Assembly: GCF_003018255.1 (NCBI RefSeq)
Contig: NZ_CP027440.1
DNA length: 64,000 nucleotides
Source of the DNA: Escherichia coli
Lineage (GTDB): Bacteria; Pseudomonadota; Gammaproteobacteria; Enterobacterales; Enterobacteriaceae
Direction: 5' to 3' (one strand)
The translations under genes and the position numbers were made by a program. Positions within the stretch are counted from its first letter, which is position 1; every line of letters starts with the position of its first letter. The notes below the pieces were generated by a model. The model made no database searches, had not been told where the DNA came from, and worked only from the letters and a program-made list of their open reading frames with translations. Below are positions 42,880-54,011 of this stretch, in pieces.

Positions 42880-43194
42880 ATGTTTAAAAAAGGCTTACTT
42901 GCTCTGACACTGGTGTTTTCACTGCCCGTTTTCGCCGCTGAACACTGGATCGATGTTCGTGTTCCAGAGCAGTATCAGCAAGAGCACGTTCAGGGAGCCA
43001 TCAATATTCCTCTGAAGGAAGTGAAAGAGCGCATTGCCACCGCCGTTCCGGATAAAAACGACACCGTGAAAGTGTATTGCAATGCCGGACGCCAGTCAGG
43101 GCAGGCAAAAGAGATCCTTAGCGAGATGGGATATACCCACGTTGAGAACGCCGGCGGCCTGAAAGACATCGCAATGCCGAAGGTCAAAGGTTAA
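42880..43194 (+). CDS. pspE: periplasmic rhodanese (thiosulfate sulfurtransferase) PspE
   Basis: 104 aa; signal peptide; rhodanese active-site Cys (…VYCNAGRQS…). Confidence 0.93.
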   Translation: MFKKGLLALTLVFSLPVFAAEHWIDVRVPEQYQQEHVQGAINIPLKEVKERIATAVPDKNDTVKVYCNAGRQSGQAKEILSEMGYTHVENAGGLKDIAMPKVKG

Positions 43195-43210
43195 AAGAAT
43201 CCACCCTAAG

Positions 43211-43236
43211 CGGCGCTTATGCGCCGTTTACTTTTT
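43211..43236 (+). terminator. intrinsic terminator of the psp operon
   Basis: CGGCGC-ttat-GCGCCG followed by TTTACTTTTT. Confidence 0.75.
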
Positions 43237-43407
43237 CTGTCACACCTTATTTACATCCCCATAGATTATTTGCGTCAGCTCACAAATACGCTTTTTCCCT
43301 GGTAAAAAATGATTTCCTGCGTGACTAAAACCCTTGTGCTCAATTGACAGTTTATTTTCTGCGGAGTAGTCTCTCGCTTCATGGGACCGCTACCACGGAA
43401 AGGCAAC

Positions 43408-45087
43408 ATGAAACAGAAAATTACGGATTACCTGGACGAAATCTACGGTGGAACATTTACCGCAACTCATTTACAGAAACTTGTAACGCGTCTTGAGAGT
43501 GCGAAACGATTAATTACACTGCGACGTAAAAAACACTGGGATGAAAGTGATGTCGTGTTAATCACCTATGCCGATCAATTTCACAGTAATGATTTAAAAC
43601 CACTACCCACATTTAATCAGTTTTACCCTCAATGGCTGCAAAGCATTTTTTCACATGTTCATTTATTACCTTTTTATCCATGGTCATCTGATGATGGCTT
43701 TTCGGTAATTGATTATCATCAGGTCGCCAGTGAAGCAGGGGAGTGGCAGGATATTCAGCAACTCGGTGATTGCAGTCATTTAATGTTTGATTTTGTCTGC
43801 AACCATATGTCGGCAAAAAGTGAATGGTTTAAAAACTATTTACAACAGCAGCCAGGTTTTGAAGATTTTTTTATTGCGGTTGATCCGCAAATCGATCTCA
43901 GCGCCGTCACCCGTCCGCGTGCGTTACCGTTATTAACGCCATTCCAGATGCGCGATAATTCAACGCGTCATTTATGGACCACCTTTAGCGACGATCAAAT
44001 TGACCTCAATTACCGTAGCCCTGAAGTGTTACTGGCGATGGTGGATGTTTTACTGTGTTACCTTGAGAAAGGTGCTGAGTATATCCGTCTGGATGCCGTT
44101 GGCTTTATGTGGAAAGAGCCGGGAACAAGCTGCATCCATCTGGAAAAAACACATCTGATTATCAAACTGTTACGGTCGATTATTGATAACGTTGCGCCAG
44201 GCACAGTGATCATTACCGAGACCAATGTTCCGCATATAGACAACATTGCTTACTTTGGCAACGGTGATGACGAAGCGCATATGGTGTACCAGTTCTCGCT
44301 GCCGCCGCTGGTGCTGCATGCGGTGCAAAAACAGAACGTTGAGGCACTTTGTGCGTGGGCGCAAAACCTGACACTACCTTCCAGCAACACCACCTGGTTT
44401 AACTTCCTTGCCTCTCACGATGGCATCGGGCTTAACCCACTGCGGGGGTTGTTGCCCGAAAACGAAATATTAGCGCTGGTCGAGGTGTTACAGCAGGAAG
44501 GGGCATTAGTAAACTGGAAAAATAATCCCGACGGTACGCGTAGCCCCTATGAAATGAATGTCACCTATATGGATGCGTTGAGCCGCCGTGAGTGTAGCGA
44601 CGAAGAACGGTGTGCCAGGTTTATTCTCGCCCATGCGATTTTGTTAAGTTTCCCCGGTGTGCCAGCGATATATATTCAAAGCATTCTGGGGTCGCGTAAT
44701 GATTACGCAGGTGTCGAAAAACTTGGATATAATCGTGCGATTAACCGTAAAAAATACTCTAGTAAAGAGATAACGACAGAACTGAACAATAAAGCGACAT
44801 TAAGGTATTTGATATATTATAAGTTGTCGCATTTAATTACACTTCGTCGCAGTCATAAAGAGTTTCATCCGGATAATAATTTCACCATTGATGCGATTAA
44901 TTCATTTGTAATGCGAATTCAAAGAAGCAATGCGGATGGCGATTGCCTGACGGGATTGTTTAATGTCAGTGAAAATATTCAGCATATAAATATTACTGAC
45001 CTGCACGGTCGGGATCTGATTAGTGAAGTTGATATATTGGGTAATGAAATAACACTGCATCCCTGGCAGGTTATGTGGATTAAATAA
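43408..45087 (+). CDS. ycjM: GH13-family sucrose-phosphorylase-like enzyme YcjM (reported as glucosylglycerate phosphorylase)
   Basis: ORF 43381..45087; start MKQKITDYLDEIYGG…, 559 aa. Confidence 0.88.
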   Translation: MKQKITDYLDEIYGGTFTATHLQKLVTRLESAKRLITLRRKKHWDESDVVLITYADQFHSNDLKPLPTFNQFYPQWLQSIFSHVHLLPFYPWSSDDGFSVIDYHQVASEAGEWQDIQQLGDCSHLMFDFVCNHMSAKSEWFKNYLQQQPGFEDFFIAVDPQIDLSAVTRPRALPLLTPFQMRDNSTRHLWTTFSDDQIDLNYRSPEVLLAMVDVLLCYLEKGAEYIRLDAVGFMWKEPGTSCIHLEKTHLIIKLLRSIIDNVAPGTVIITETNVPHIDNIAYFGNGDDEAHMVYQFSLPPLVLHAVQKQNVEALCAWAQNLTLPSSNTTWFNFLASHDGIGLNPLRGLLPENEILALVEVLQQEGALVNWKNNPDGTRSPYEMNVTYMDALSRRECSDEERCARFILAHAILLSFPGVPAIYIQSILGSRNDYAGVEKLGYNRAINRKKYSSKEITTELNNKATLRYLIYYKLSHLITLRRSHKEFHPDNNFTIDAINSFVMRIQRSNADGDCLTGLFNVSENIQHINITDLHGRDLISEVDILGNEITLHPWQVMWIK

Positions 45088-45100
45088 AAAGGAACATTTC

Positions 45101-46393
45101 ATGATTAAATCAAAAATCGTGCTGTTATCAGCACTGGTTTCCTGCGCCCTGATTTCAGGCTGTAAAGAAGAAAATAAAAATAATGTATCCATCGAATTTA
45201 TGCATTCTTCGGTGGAGCAGGAGCGCCAGGCCGTCATCAGCAAATTGATTGCCCGTTTTGAAAAAGAAAACCCAGGTATCACCGTAAAACAAGTGCCCGT
45301 GGAAGAAGACGCCTATAACACCAAAGTCATTACCCTTTCACGTAGCGGTTCGCTGCCGGAAGTGATCGAAACCAGCCATGACTACGCCAAAGTGATGGAC
45401 AAAGAGCAGCTTATCGATCGTAAAGCGGTTGCCACGGTCATCAGCAACGTCGGTGAAGGCGCGTTCTACGATGGCGTACTGCGGATTGTGCGCACCGAAG
45501 ATGGCAGCGCCTGGACCGGTGTTCCTGTCAGCGCATGGATTGGCGGGATCTGGTATCGCAAAGATGTGCTGGCAAAAGCTGGGCTGGAGGAGCCAAAAAA
45601 CTGGCAGCAATTGCTGGACGTTGCACAGAAACTGAATGACCCGGCGAATAAAAAATACGGTATTGCGCTGCCTACAGCAGAAAGCGTGTTGACGGAACAG
45701 TCTTTCTCCCAGTTTGCGTTATCCAATCAGGCTAACGTCTTTAACGCCGAAGGCAAAATCACCCTTGATACACCAGAGATGATGCAGGCGCTGACCTATT
45801 ACCGCAACCTTGCTGCCAACACCATGCCAGGTTCTAACGACATCATGGAAGTGAAAGACGCTTTTATGAACGGCACCGCGCCGATGGCGATTTACTCCAC
45901 CTATATCCTTCCGGCTGTGATTAAAGAAGGCGATCCGAAAAACGTTGGTTTCGTTGTACCCACCGAGAAAAACTCTGCGGTCTACGGCATGTTGACCTCG
46001 CTGACCATTACCGTCGGGCAAAAGGCCGAAGAGACGGAAGCGGCTGAAAAATTTGTCACCTTTATGGAGCAGGCAGACAACATTGCCGACTGGGTGATGA
46101 TGTCGCCAGGCGCGGCGCTGCCGGTGAACAAAGCGGTTGTCACTACCGCCACCTGGAAAGACAACGACGTTATTAAGGCGCTGGGTGAGCTGCCAAATCA
46201 GTTAATCAGCGAACTGCCAAATATTCAGGTCTTTGGCGCAGTAGGGGATAAAAATTTTACCCGCATGGGCGATGTGACGGGTTCTGGCGTGGTGAGCTCC
46301 ATGGTGCATAACGTCACCGTGGGTAAAGCCGACCTCCCTGGCACGCTGCAAACGAGCCAGAAAAAGCTGGATGAGTTGGTTGAACAGCGCTAA
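45101..46393 (+). CDS. ycjN: sugar ABC transporter periplasmic substrate-binding lipoprotein
   Basis: 430 aa; lipobox (…LISGC…). Confidence 0.9.
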   Translation: MIKSKIVLLSALVSCALISGCKEENKNNVSIEFMHSSVEQERQAVISKLIARFEKENPGITVKQVPVEEDAYNTKVITLSRSGSLPEVIETSHDYAKVMDKEQLIDRKAVATVISNVGEGAFYDGVLRIVRTEDGSAWTGVPVSAWIGGIWYRKDVLAKAGLEEPKNWQQLLDVAQKLNDPANKKYGIALPTAESVLTEQSFSQFALSNQANVFNAEGKITLDTPEMMQALTYYRNLAANTMPGSNDIMEVKDAFMNGTAPMAIYSTYILPAVIKEGDPKNVGFVVPTEKNSAVYGMLTSLTITVGQKAEETEAAEKFVTFMEQADNIADWVMMSPGAALPVNKAVVTTATWKDNDVIKALGELPNQLISELPNIQVFGAVGDKNFTRMGDVTGSGVVSSMVHNVTVGKADLPGTLQTSQKKLDELVEQR

Positions 46394-46413
46394 ACCCAGG
46401 ACAGGAATCCGCA

Positions 46414-47295
46414 ATGAACAGGCTTTTTTCAGGTCGTTCCGATATGCCCTTTGCGCTGTTGCTTCTCGCGCCCAGCTTATTACTGCTGGGCGGTCTGGTG
46501 GCGTGGCCGATGGTGTCGAATATCGAAATCAGTTTTTTACGTCTGCCGCTTAATCCCAACATCGAGTCAACGTTTGTTGGGGTGAGCAACTACGTGCGTA
46601 TTCTCTCCGATCCCGGCTTCTGGCACTCGCTGTGGATGACGGTCTGGTATACCGCGCTGGTGGTGGCGGGCAGCACCGTGCTCGGGCTGGCCGTGGCGAT
46701 GTTTTTCAACCGCGAGTTCCGCCTGCGCAAAACCGCGCGTTCGCTGGTGATCCTCTCCTACGTAACGCCGTCTATTTCGCTGGTGTTCGCCTGGAAATAC
46801 ATGTTCAACAACGGTTACGGCATTGTGAACTACCTCGGCGTCGATCTTCTGCATCTCTATGAGCAGGCACCGCTGTGGTTCGATAATCCGGGCAGTAGCT
46901 TTGTGCTGGTGGTGCTGTTCGCCATCTGGCGCTACTTCCCCTATGCCTTTATTTCGTTTCTGGCGATTTTGCAGACCATCGACAAATCGCTGTACGAAGC
47001 GGCAGAGATGGATGGCGCTAATGCCTGGCAACGGTTTCGTATCGTCACGCTGCCCGCGATTATGCCGGTCCTGGCGACGGTGGTGACCCTGCGCACCATC
47101 TGGATGTTCTACATGTTCGCGGATGTTTATCTGCTGACCACCAAGGTCGATATTCTCGGTGTCTATCTCTACAAAACCGCCTTTGCCTTTAATGACTTAG
47201 GGAAAGCGGCGGCGATCTCGGTGGTGCTCTTCATCATTATTTTCGCTGTCATTCTGCTGACCAGAAAACGGGTGAACCTCAATGGCAACAAATAA
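46414..47295 (+). CDS. ycjO: sugar ABC transporter permease (MalF-type)
   Basis: 293 aa, multi-TM. Confidence 0.9.
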   Translation: MNRLFSGRSDMPFALLLLAPSLLLLGGLVAWPMVSNIEISFLRLPLNPNIESTFVGVSNYVRILSDPGFWHSLWMTVWYTALVVAGSTVLGLAVAMFFNREFRLRKTARSLVILSYVTPSISLVFAWKYMFNNGYGIVNYLGVDLLHLYEQAPLWFDNPGSSFVLVVLFAIWRYFPYAFISFLAILQTIDKSLYEAAEMDGANAWQRFRIVTLPAIMPVLATVVTLRTIWMFYMFADVYLLTTKVDILGVYLYKTAFAFNDLGKAAAISVVLFIIIFAVILLTRKRVNLNGNK

Positions 47296-48124
47296 ACGCA
47301 CACTCAGTCGCATCGGTTTTTACTGCGGGCTGGCGCTGTTTCTCATCATCACGCTGTTTCCGTTTTTTGTGATGCTGATGACCTCGTTCAAGAGCGCAAA
47401 AGAGGCGATCTCGCTGCATCCTACGCTGCTGCCGCAACAGTGGACGCTGGAGCATTATGTCGACATTTTTAACCCGATGATTTTCCCGTTTGTCGACTAC
47501 TTCCGTAACAGCATGGTGGTGTCGGTGGTTTCATCCGTGGTGGCGGTATTTCTCGGCATTCTCGGAGCTTACGCGCTTTCCCGCCTGCGCTTTAAAGGCC
47601 GGATGACCATCAACGCCAGCTTTTACACGGTGTACATGTTCTCTGGCATTTTGCTGGTGGTGCCGCTGTTCAAAATCATCACCGCGCTTGGTATTTACGA
47701 CACCGAGATGGCGCTGATCATTACCATGGTGACGCAAACCCTGCCCACCGCCGTGTTTATGCTGAAAAGCTACTTCGACACCATCCCTGATGAGATCGAA
47801 GAAGCGGCGATGATGGATGGCCTCAACCGTCTGCAAATCATCTTCCGTATCACCGTGCCCCTGGCGATGTCCGGGCTGATATCCGTGTTCGTCTACTGCT
47901 TTATGGTGGCGTGGAACGACTATCTGTTTGCGTCGATTTTCCTCTCCAGCGCCAGCAATTTCACCTTACCTGTGGGACTGAACGCGCTGTTCAGTACGCC
48001 TGATTACATCTGGGGACGGATGATGGCGGCCTCGCTGGTGACCGCATTGCCGGTGGTGATTATGTACGCGCTTTCGGAACGTTTTATTAAGAGTGGTTTG
48101 ACCGCCGGTGGCGTGAAGGGCTAA
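47282..48124 (+). CDS. ycjP: sugar ABC transporter permease (MalG-type)
   Basis: 280 aa; overlaps ycjO by 14 bp. Confidence 0.9.
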   Translation: MATNKRTLSRIGFYCGLALFLIITLFPFFVMLMTSFKSAKEAISLHPTLLPQQWTLEHYVDIFNPMIFPFVDYFRNSMVVSVVSSVVAVFLGILGAYALSRLRFKGRMTINASFYTVYMFSGILLVVPLFKIITALGIYDTEMALIITMVTQTLPTAVFMLKSYFDTIPDEIEEAAMMDGLNRLQIIFRITVPLAMSGLISVFVYCFMVAWNDYLFASIFLSSASNFTLPVGLNALFSTPDYIWGRMMAASLVTALPVVIMYALSERFIKSGLTAGGVKG

Positions 48125-48154
48125 AGCGGCGAGTTTCTTGACAAGGAGTTTTAC

Positions 48155-49207
48155 ATGAAAAAGTTAGTAGCCACAGCACCGCGCGTTGCTGCGCTGGTTG
48201 AGTATGAAGATCGGGCGATTTTAGCCAATGAAGTGAAGATCCGCGTGCGCTTCGGCGCACCGAAGCACGGGACGGAAGTGGTCGATTTCCGCGCTGCCAG
48301 TCCGTTTATCGATGAAGACTTTAACGGCGAATGGCAGATGTTCACCCCGCGTCCGGCAGATGCGCCGCGCGGCATTGAGTTTGGCAAATTCCAGCTTGGC
48401 AACATGGTGGTTGGCGACATTATCGAGTGCGGCAGCGACGTTACCGACTACGCGGTGGGCGACAGCGTATGCGGCTACGGCCCGCTCTCCGAGACGGTCA
48501 TCATTAACGCAGTGAATAACTACAAGCTGCGCAAAATGCCGCAAGGCAGTTCGTGGAAAAACGCTGTCTGCTACGACCCGGCGCAGTTTGCCATGAGCGG
48601 CGTGCGCGATGCCAATGTGCGCGTGGGCGATTTTGTGGTGGTGGTAGGGCTTGGCGCGATCGGTCAAATTGCCATTCAACTGGCTAAACGTGCTGGCGCG
48701 TCGGTGGTGATTGGCGTCGATCCTATCGCCCATCGCTGTGAGATTGCCCGTCGCCACGGCGCGGATTTCTGCCTTAACCCCATTGGCACTGACGTAGGCA
48801 AAGAGATCAAAACGCTAACCGGCAAGCAGGGTGCCGATGTGATTATCGAAACCAGCGGCTATGCCGACGCGCTGCAATCGGCGCTACGAGGTCTGGCATA
48901 TGGCGGCACCATCTCGTATGTCGCGTTTGCCAAACCGTTTGCCGAAGGTTTTAACCTCGGACGCGAAGCCCATTTCAATAACGCCAAAATTGTTTTCTCC
49001 CGTGCGTGCAGCGAGCCGAACCCGGATTATCCGCGCTGGAGCCGCAAACGTATCGAAGAAACCTGTTGGGAACTGCTGATGAACGGTTATCTCAATTGTG
49101 AAGATTTAATCGACCCGGTGGTGACCTTTGCCAATAGCCCGGAAAGTTACATGCAGTATGTCGACCAGCATCCGGAACAGAGCATCAAAATGGGCGTTAC
49201 GTTTTAA
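48155..49207 (+). CDS. ycjQ: Zn-dependent medium-chain dehydrogenase (reported D-guloside 3-dehydrogenase)
   Basis: 350 aa; MDR fold with Rossmann motif (…VVVGLGAIGQ…). Confidence 0.88.
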   Translation: MKKLVATAPRVAALVEYEDRAILANEVKIRVRFGAPKHGTEVVDFRAASPFIDEDFNGEWQMFTPRPADAPRGIEFGKFQLGNMVVGDIIECGSDVTDYAVGDSVCGYGPLSETVIINAVNNYKLRKMPQGSSWKNAVCYDPAQFAMSGVRDANVRVGDFVVVVGLGAIGQIAIQLAKRAGASVVIGVDPIAHRCEIARRHGADFCLNPIGTDVGKEIKTLTGKQGADVIIETSGYADALQSALRGLAYGGTISYVAFAKPFAEGFNLGREAHFNNAKIVFSRACSEPNPDYPRWSRKRIEETCWELLMNGYLNCEDLIDPVVTFANSPESYMQYVDQHPEQSIKMGVTF

Positions 49208-49224
49208 TTCAAAGGAATGAAAAA

Positions 49225-50013
49225 ATGAAAATCGGCACACAGAATCAGGCGTTCTTTCCGGAAAACATTCTGGAGAAATTTCGTTATATCAAAGAGATGG
49301 GTTTCGATGGTTTTGAGATCGACGGCAAACTGCTGGTCAACAATCTCGAAGAAGTCAAAGCAGCAATCAAAGAAACCGGTTTACCGGTGATCACCGCCTG
49401 CGGTGGCTATGACGGTTGGATTGGCGACTTTATCGAAGAGCGTCGACTTAATGGCTTAAAGCAGATCGAACGCATTCTTGAAGCTCTGGCAGAAGTGGGC
49501 GGTAAAGGTATCGTCGTTCCGGCTGCATGGGGCATGTTTACCTTCCGCTTACCGCCGATGACCTCGCCGCGTAGCCTGGACGGCGACCGCAAAATGGTGA
49601 GTGATTCCCTGCGCGTACTGGAAAAGGTGGCCGCATGTACCGGAACCGTGGTGTACCTCGAACCGTTAAACCGTTATCAGGATCACATGATCAACACCCT
49701 CGCCGATGCCCGCCGTTACATCGTCGAAAACGATCTTAAACATGTACAGATTATCGGCGATTTCTATCACATGAATATCGAAGAAGATAACCTGGCGCAG
49801 GCGCTGCATGACAACCGCGACCTGCTCGGTCATGTGCATATTGCCGATAACCATCGCTACCAGCCGGGCAGCGGCACCCTGGATTTCCACGCGCTGTTTG
49901 AACAGCTGCGCGCGGATAACTATCAGGGCTATGTGGTGTATGAAGGGCGTATCCGGGCAGAAAATCCTGCCCAGGCGTACCGTGATTCGTTGGCCTGGTT
50001 GCGCACCTGCTAA
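49225..50013 (+). CDS. ycjR: sugar-phosphate isomerase/epimerase (TIM-barrel xylose-isomerase-like)
   Basis: 262 aa. Confidence 0.88.
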   Translation: MKIGTQNQAFFPENILEKFRYIKEMGFDGFEIDGKLLVNNLEEVKAAIKETGLPVITACGGYDGWIGDFIEERRLNGLKQIERILEALAEVGGKGIVVPAAWGMFTFRLPPMTSPRSLDGDRKMVSDSLRVLEKVAACTGTVVYLEPLNRYQDHMINTLADARRYIVENDLKHVQIIGDFYHMNIEEDNLAQALHDNRDLLGHVHIADNHRYQPGSGTLDFHALFEQLRADNYQGYVVYEGRIRAENPAQAYRDSLAWLRTC

Positions 50014-50022
50014 GAGGTCTTT

Positions 50023-51078
50023 GTGAAAAGTGCAATGACAAGCTCTCCGCTGCGTGTCGCGATAATCGGCGCAGGCCAGGTGGCGGATAATGTTCATGCT
50101 TCGTACTACTGCACCCGCAACGATCTGGAACTGGTGGCTGTCTGTGACAGCCGCCTTTCCCAGGCGCAGGCGCTGGCAGAAAAATACGGGAATGCATCCG
50201 TGTGGGACGATCCGCAGGCCATGCTGCTGGCGGTGAAACCTGATGTGGTTAGCGTCTGCTCACCTAACCGTTTTCATTACGAACATACCCTGATGGCGCT
50301 GGAAGCGGGCTGCCATGTGATGTGCGAAAAACCGCCCGCCATGACGGCAGAACAGGCGCGGGAAATGTGCGATACCGCGCGCAAACAGGGCAAGGTGCTG
50401 GCCTACGACTTTCATCATCGTTTTGCACTCGATACGCAACAGCTGCGTGAACAGGTGACCAACGGCGTTTTGGGAGAGATTTACGTTACCACCGCCCGCG
50501 CCCTGCGTCGTTGCGGTGTTCCCGGCTGGGGTGTCTTTACTAATAAAGAATTGCAGGGCGGAGGCCCGCTGATCGACATCGGCATTCATATGCTGGATGC
50601 GGCGATGTATGTGCTGGGTTTTCCAGCGGTGAAAAGCGTGACTGCGCATAGCTTTCAAAAGATCGGCACGCAAAAGAGCTGCGGTCAATTTGGCGAGTGG
50701 GACCCGGCAACCTACAGCGTCGAAGATTCGCTGTTTGGCACCATTGAATTTCATAACGGCGGCATTCTGTGGCTTGAGACCTCATTTGCACTCAACATCC
50801 GCGAACAGTCGATTATGAACGTCAGCTTTTGTGGTGATAAAGCCGGGGCGACGCTGTTTCCAGCACATATCTACACCGATAACAACGGTGAGTTAATGAC
50901 GCTGATGCAACGGGAAATGGCAGACGACAACCGTCATCTGCGCAGTATGGAAGCCTTTATCAACCACGTACAAGGTAAGCCCGTGATGATAGCCGACGCC
51001 GAGCAGGGATACATCATCCAGCAACTGGTGGCGGCGCTTTATCAATCCGCAGAAACAGGGACGCGTGTGGAATTATGA
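50023..51078 (+). CDS. ycjS: Gfo/Idh/MocA-family NAD-dependent oxidoreductase
   Basis: 351 aa; probable GTG start; N-terminal Rossmann motif (…RVAIIGAGQVA…). Confidence 0.85.
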   Translation: MKSAMTSSPLRVAIIGAGQVADNVHASYYCTRNDLELVAVCDSRLSQAQALAEKYGNASVWDDPQAMLLAVKPDVVSVCSPNRFHYEHTLMALEAGCHVMCEKPPAMTAEQAREMCDTARKQGKVLAYDFHHRFALDTQQLREQVTNGVLGEIYVTTARALRRCGVPGWGVFTNKELQGGGPLIDIGIHMLDAAMYVLGFPAVKSVTAHSFQKIGTQKSCGQFGEWDPATYSVEDSLFGTIEFHNGGILWLETSFALNIREQSIMNVSFCGDKAGATLFPAHIYTDNNGELMTLMQREMADDNRHLRSMEAFINHVQGKPVMIADAEQGYIIQQLVAALYQSAETGTRVEL

Positions 51079-53342
51079 TCAGGCCAGTAACGTTAACGGA
51101 ACCCCATTTCAGCCAGCATACCCTGAACAAGTATGCTTCGCTGATGGCGCAGGGGAACGGCTATCTTGGGCTTCGCGCCAGCCATGAAGAAGATTACACG
51201 CGCCAGACGCGCGGCATGTATCTGGCAGGGCTTTATCATCGGGCGGGTAAAGGTGAAATCAACGAACTGGTGAACCTGCCTGATGTCGTGGGGATGGAGA
51301 TTGCCATAAATGGTGAGATTTTCTCGTTATCCCGCGAAGCATGGCAGCGTGAGCTTAACTTTGCCAGTGGCGAATTACGCCGCAACGTTGTCTGGCGTAC
51401 CAGCAACGGCGCAGGTTACACCATCACCAGCCGTCGCTTTGTTTCGGCAGACCAACTGCCGCTCATTGCGCTGGAAATCACTATTACGCCACTGGACGCC
51501 GACGCGTTAGTGCTGATTTCAACAGGCATTGACGCCACGCAAACCAACCACGGACGACAACATCTCGACGAAACCCAGGTGCGGGTGTTTGGTCAGCATT
51601 TGATGCAGGGGATCTATACCACTCAGGATGGACGCAGTGATGTGGCCATCAGCTGTTGCTGCCAGGTGAGCGGTGACGTGCAGCAATGCTATACCGCCAA
51701 AGAGCGCCGCTTGCTGCAACATACCAGTGCACAACTACCTGCGGGCAAAACGCTGTCGCTGCAAAAACGGGTGTGGATCGACTGGCGGGACGACAGACAC
51801 GTCGCTTTAGACGAGTGGGGTAGTGCATCGCTTCGTCAGCTTGAAATGTGTGCGCAGCAGAGTTACGACCAACTTCTTGCAGCATCCACAGAAAACTGGC
51901 GTCAGTGGTGGCAGAAACGTCGTATCACGGTAAACGGCGGCGATGCGCACGATCAGCAAGCGTTAGATTATGCGCTTTATCACCTACGCATCATGACGCC
52001 TGCTCACGACGAGCGCAGCAGTATTGCGGCAAAAGGTTTGACCGGGGAAGGCTACAAAGGCCACGTTTTCTGGGATACGGAAGTATTTTTACTGCCGTTC
52101 CATCTGTTTAGCGAACCGACGATTGCCAGAAGTTTACTGCGTTATCGCTGGCACAACTTGCCTGGCGCGCAGGAGAAAGCGCGACGCAATGGCTGGCAGG
52201 GTGCGCTATTTCCGTGGGAAAGCGCGCGCAGCGGCGAAGAAGAGACGCCGGAATTTGCCGCCATTAACATCCGCACCGGACTGCGCCAGAAAGTGGCCTC
52301 GGCGCAGGCTGAACACCATTTGGTGGCTGATATCGCCTGGGCGGTTATTCAATACTGGCAGGCAACGGGGGATGAAAGTTTCATTGCCCACGAAGGCATG
52401 GCGTTACTTCTGGGAACCGCAAAATTCTGGATTAGCCGCGCTGTACAGGTAAACGATCGTCTGGAAATTCACAATGTTATTGGGCCAGACGAATATACCG
52501 AACATGTCAATAATAACGCCTTCACCAGCTATATGGCGTATTACAACGTCCAGCAGGCGCTGAATATCGCTCGTAAGTTTGGTTGTAGCGACGACGCGTT
52601 TATTCATCGTGCCGAAATATTCCTCAAAGAACTGCGGCTGCCAGAAATTCAGCCTGACGGCGTTTTGCCGCAGGATGATTCGTTTATGGCGAAACCAGCG
52701 ATTAATCTGGCGAAATACAAAGCGGCGGCGGGGAAGCAAACCATTCTGCTGGATTATTCACGCGCAGAAGTGAACGAGATGCAGATCCTCAAACAAGCTG
52801 ATGTGGTGATGCTCAATTACATGCTGCCGGAGCAGTACTCAGCGGCATCGTGTCTTGCCAATCTGCAATTTTATGAACCGCGCACCATTCACGACTCTTC
52901 ACTGAGTAAAGCGATCCACGGCATTGTTGCCGCACGCTGTGGCCTGTTGGCGCAAAGTTATCAGTTCTGGCGCGAGGGGACTGAAATCGATCTTGGTGCT
53001 GACCCGCATAGCTGTGATGACGGTATCCACGCAGCCGCAACTGGCGCTATTTGGCTGGGGGCGATTCAGGGTTTTGCCGGGGTGAGCGTGCGTAACGGTG
53101 AATTGCATCTCAATCCAGCGTTACCTGAGCAGTGGCAACAGTTGTCTTTCCCTCTGTTCTGGCAGGGCTGCGAATTACAGGTCACTCTCGACGCGCAGCG
53201 TATTGCGATTCGAACTTCTGCGCCCGTTTCACTGCGTTTGAACGGGCAGCTTATATCTGTGGCTGAAGAATCTGTTTTCTGTTTGGGTGATTTTATTTTG
53301 CCCTTCAATGGGACCGCTACCACGCATCAGGAGGATGAATGA
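51075..53342 (+). CDS. ycjT: GH65 glycoside phosphorylase (reported kojibiose phosphorylase)
   Basis: 755 aa; ATGA overlap with ycjS. Confidence 0.9.
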   Translation: MIRPVTLTEPHFSQHTLNKYASLMAQGNGYLGLRASHEEDYTRQTRGMYLAGLYHRAGKGEINELVNLPDVVGMEIAINGEIFSLSREAWQRELNFASGELRRNVVWRTSNGAGYTITSRRFVSADQLPLIALEITITPLDADALVLISTGIDATQTNHGRQHLDETQVRVFGQHLMQGIYTTQDGRSDVAISCCCQVSGDVQQCYTAKERRLLQHTSAQLPAGKTLSLQKRVWIDWRDDRHVALDEWGSASLRQLEMCAQQSYDQLLAASTENWRQWWQKRRITVNGGDAHDQQALDYALYHLRIMTPAHDERSSIAAKGLTGEGYKGHVFWDTEVFLLPFHLFSEPTIARSLLRYRWHNLPGAQEKARRNGWQGALFPWESARSGEEETPEFAAINIRTGLRQKVASAQAEHHLVADIAWAVIQYWQATGDESFIAHEGMALLLGTAKFWISRAVQVNDRLEIHNVIGPDEYTEHVNNNAFTSYMAYYNVQQALNIARKFGCSDDAFIHRAEIFLKELRLPEIQPDGVLPQDDSFMAKPAINLAKYKAAAGKQTILLDYSRAEVNEMQILKQADVVMLNYMLPEQYSAASCLANLQFYEPRTIHDSSLSKAIHGIVAARCGLLAQSYQFWREGTEIDLGADPHSCDDGIHAAATGAIWLGAIQGFAGVSVRNGELHLNPALPEQWQQLSFPLFWQGCELQVTLDAQRIAIRTSAPVSLRLNGQLISVAEESVFCLGDFILPFNGTATTHQEDE

Positions 53343-53998
53343 AACTGCAAGGGGTAATTTTCGATCTGGATGGTGTAATCACCGATACCGCGCATCTGCA
53401 TTTCAAGGCGTGGCAGCAGATTGCCGCTGAAATTGGCATCAGCATTGATGCGCAGTTTAACGAATCCCTAAAAGGGATCAGCCGCGATGAGTCTCTGCGG
53501 CGCATTCTGCAACACGGGGGCAAAGAGGGCGACTTTAACCCGCAGGAGAGGGCGCAACTGGCGTATCGCAAAAATCTGCTCTACGTCCACTCACTGCGCG
53601 AACTGACGGTTAATGCTGTGCTGCCCGGCATTCGCAATTTGCTGGCAGATCTCCGTGCACAGCAGATCCCTATAGGGCTGGCTTCTGTCTCCCTGAATGC
53701 GCCGACGATTTTAGCAGCGCTGGAGCTGCGCGAGTTTTTCACCTTCTGCGCGGACGCTTCCCAACTTAAAAACTCGAAACCGGACCCGGAAATCTTTCTC
53801 GCCGCCTGTGCCGGACTGGGCGTGCCGCCGCAGGCATGTATCGGCATTGAAGATGCGCAGGCGGGCATTGACGCCATTAACGCCAGCGGTATGCGCTCGG
53901 TGGGGATCGGCGCGGGCTTAACCGGGGCGCAATTATTGTTGCCCTCAACGGACTCCCTGACCTGGCCGCGGTTATCGGCCTTCTGGCAAAACGTATAG
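53339..53998 (+). CDS. ycjU: beta-phosphoglucomutase (HAD superfamily)
   Basis: 219 aa; HAD motif I (…DLDGVITDT…). Confidence 0.92.
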   Translation: MKLQGVIFDLDGVITDTAHLHFKAWQQIAAEIGISIDAQFNESLKGISRDESLRRILQHGGKEGDFNPQERAQLAYRKNLLYVHSLRELTVNAVLPGIRNLLADLRAQQIPIGLASVSLNAPTILAALELREFFTFCADASQLKNSKPDPEIFLAACAGLGVPPQACIGIEDAQAGIDAINASGMRSVGIGAGLTGAQLLLPSTDSLTWPRLSAFWQNV

Positions 53999-54011
53999 CA
54001 AAGGAATCAAC

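Noticed and set aside
46567-47031. 154-aa minus-strand ORF with His/Arg-rich translation
   Set aside because: Antisense to the ycjO permease gene; composition reflects the reverse complement of a hydrophobic coding region.
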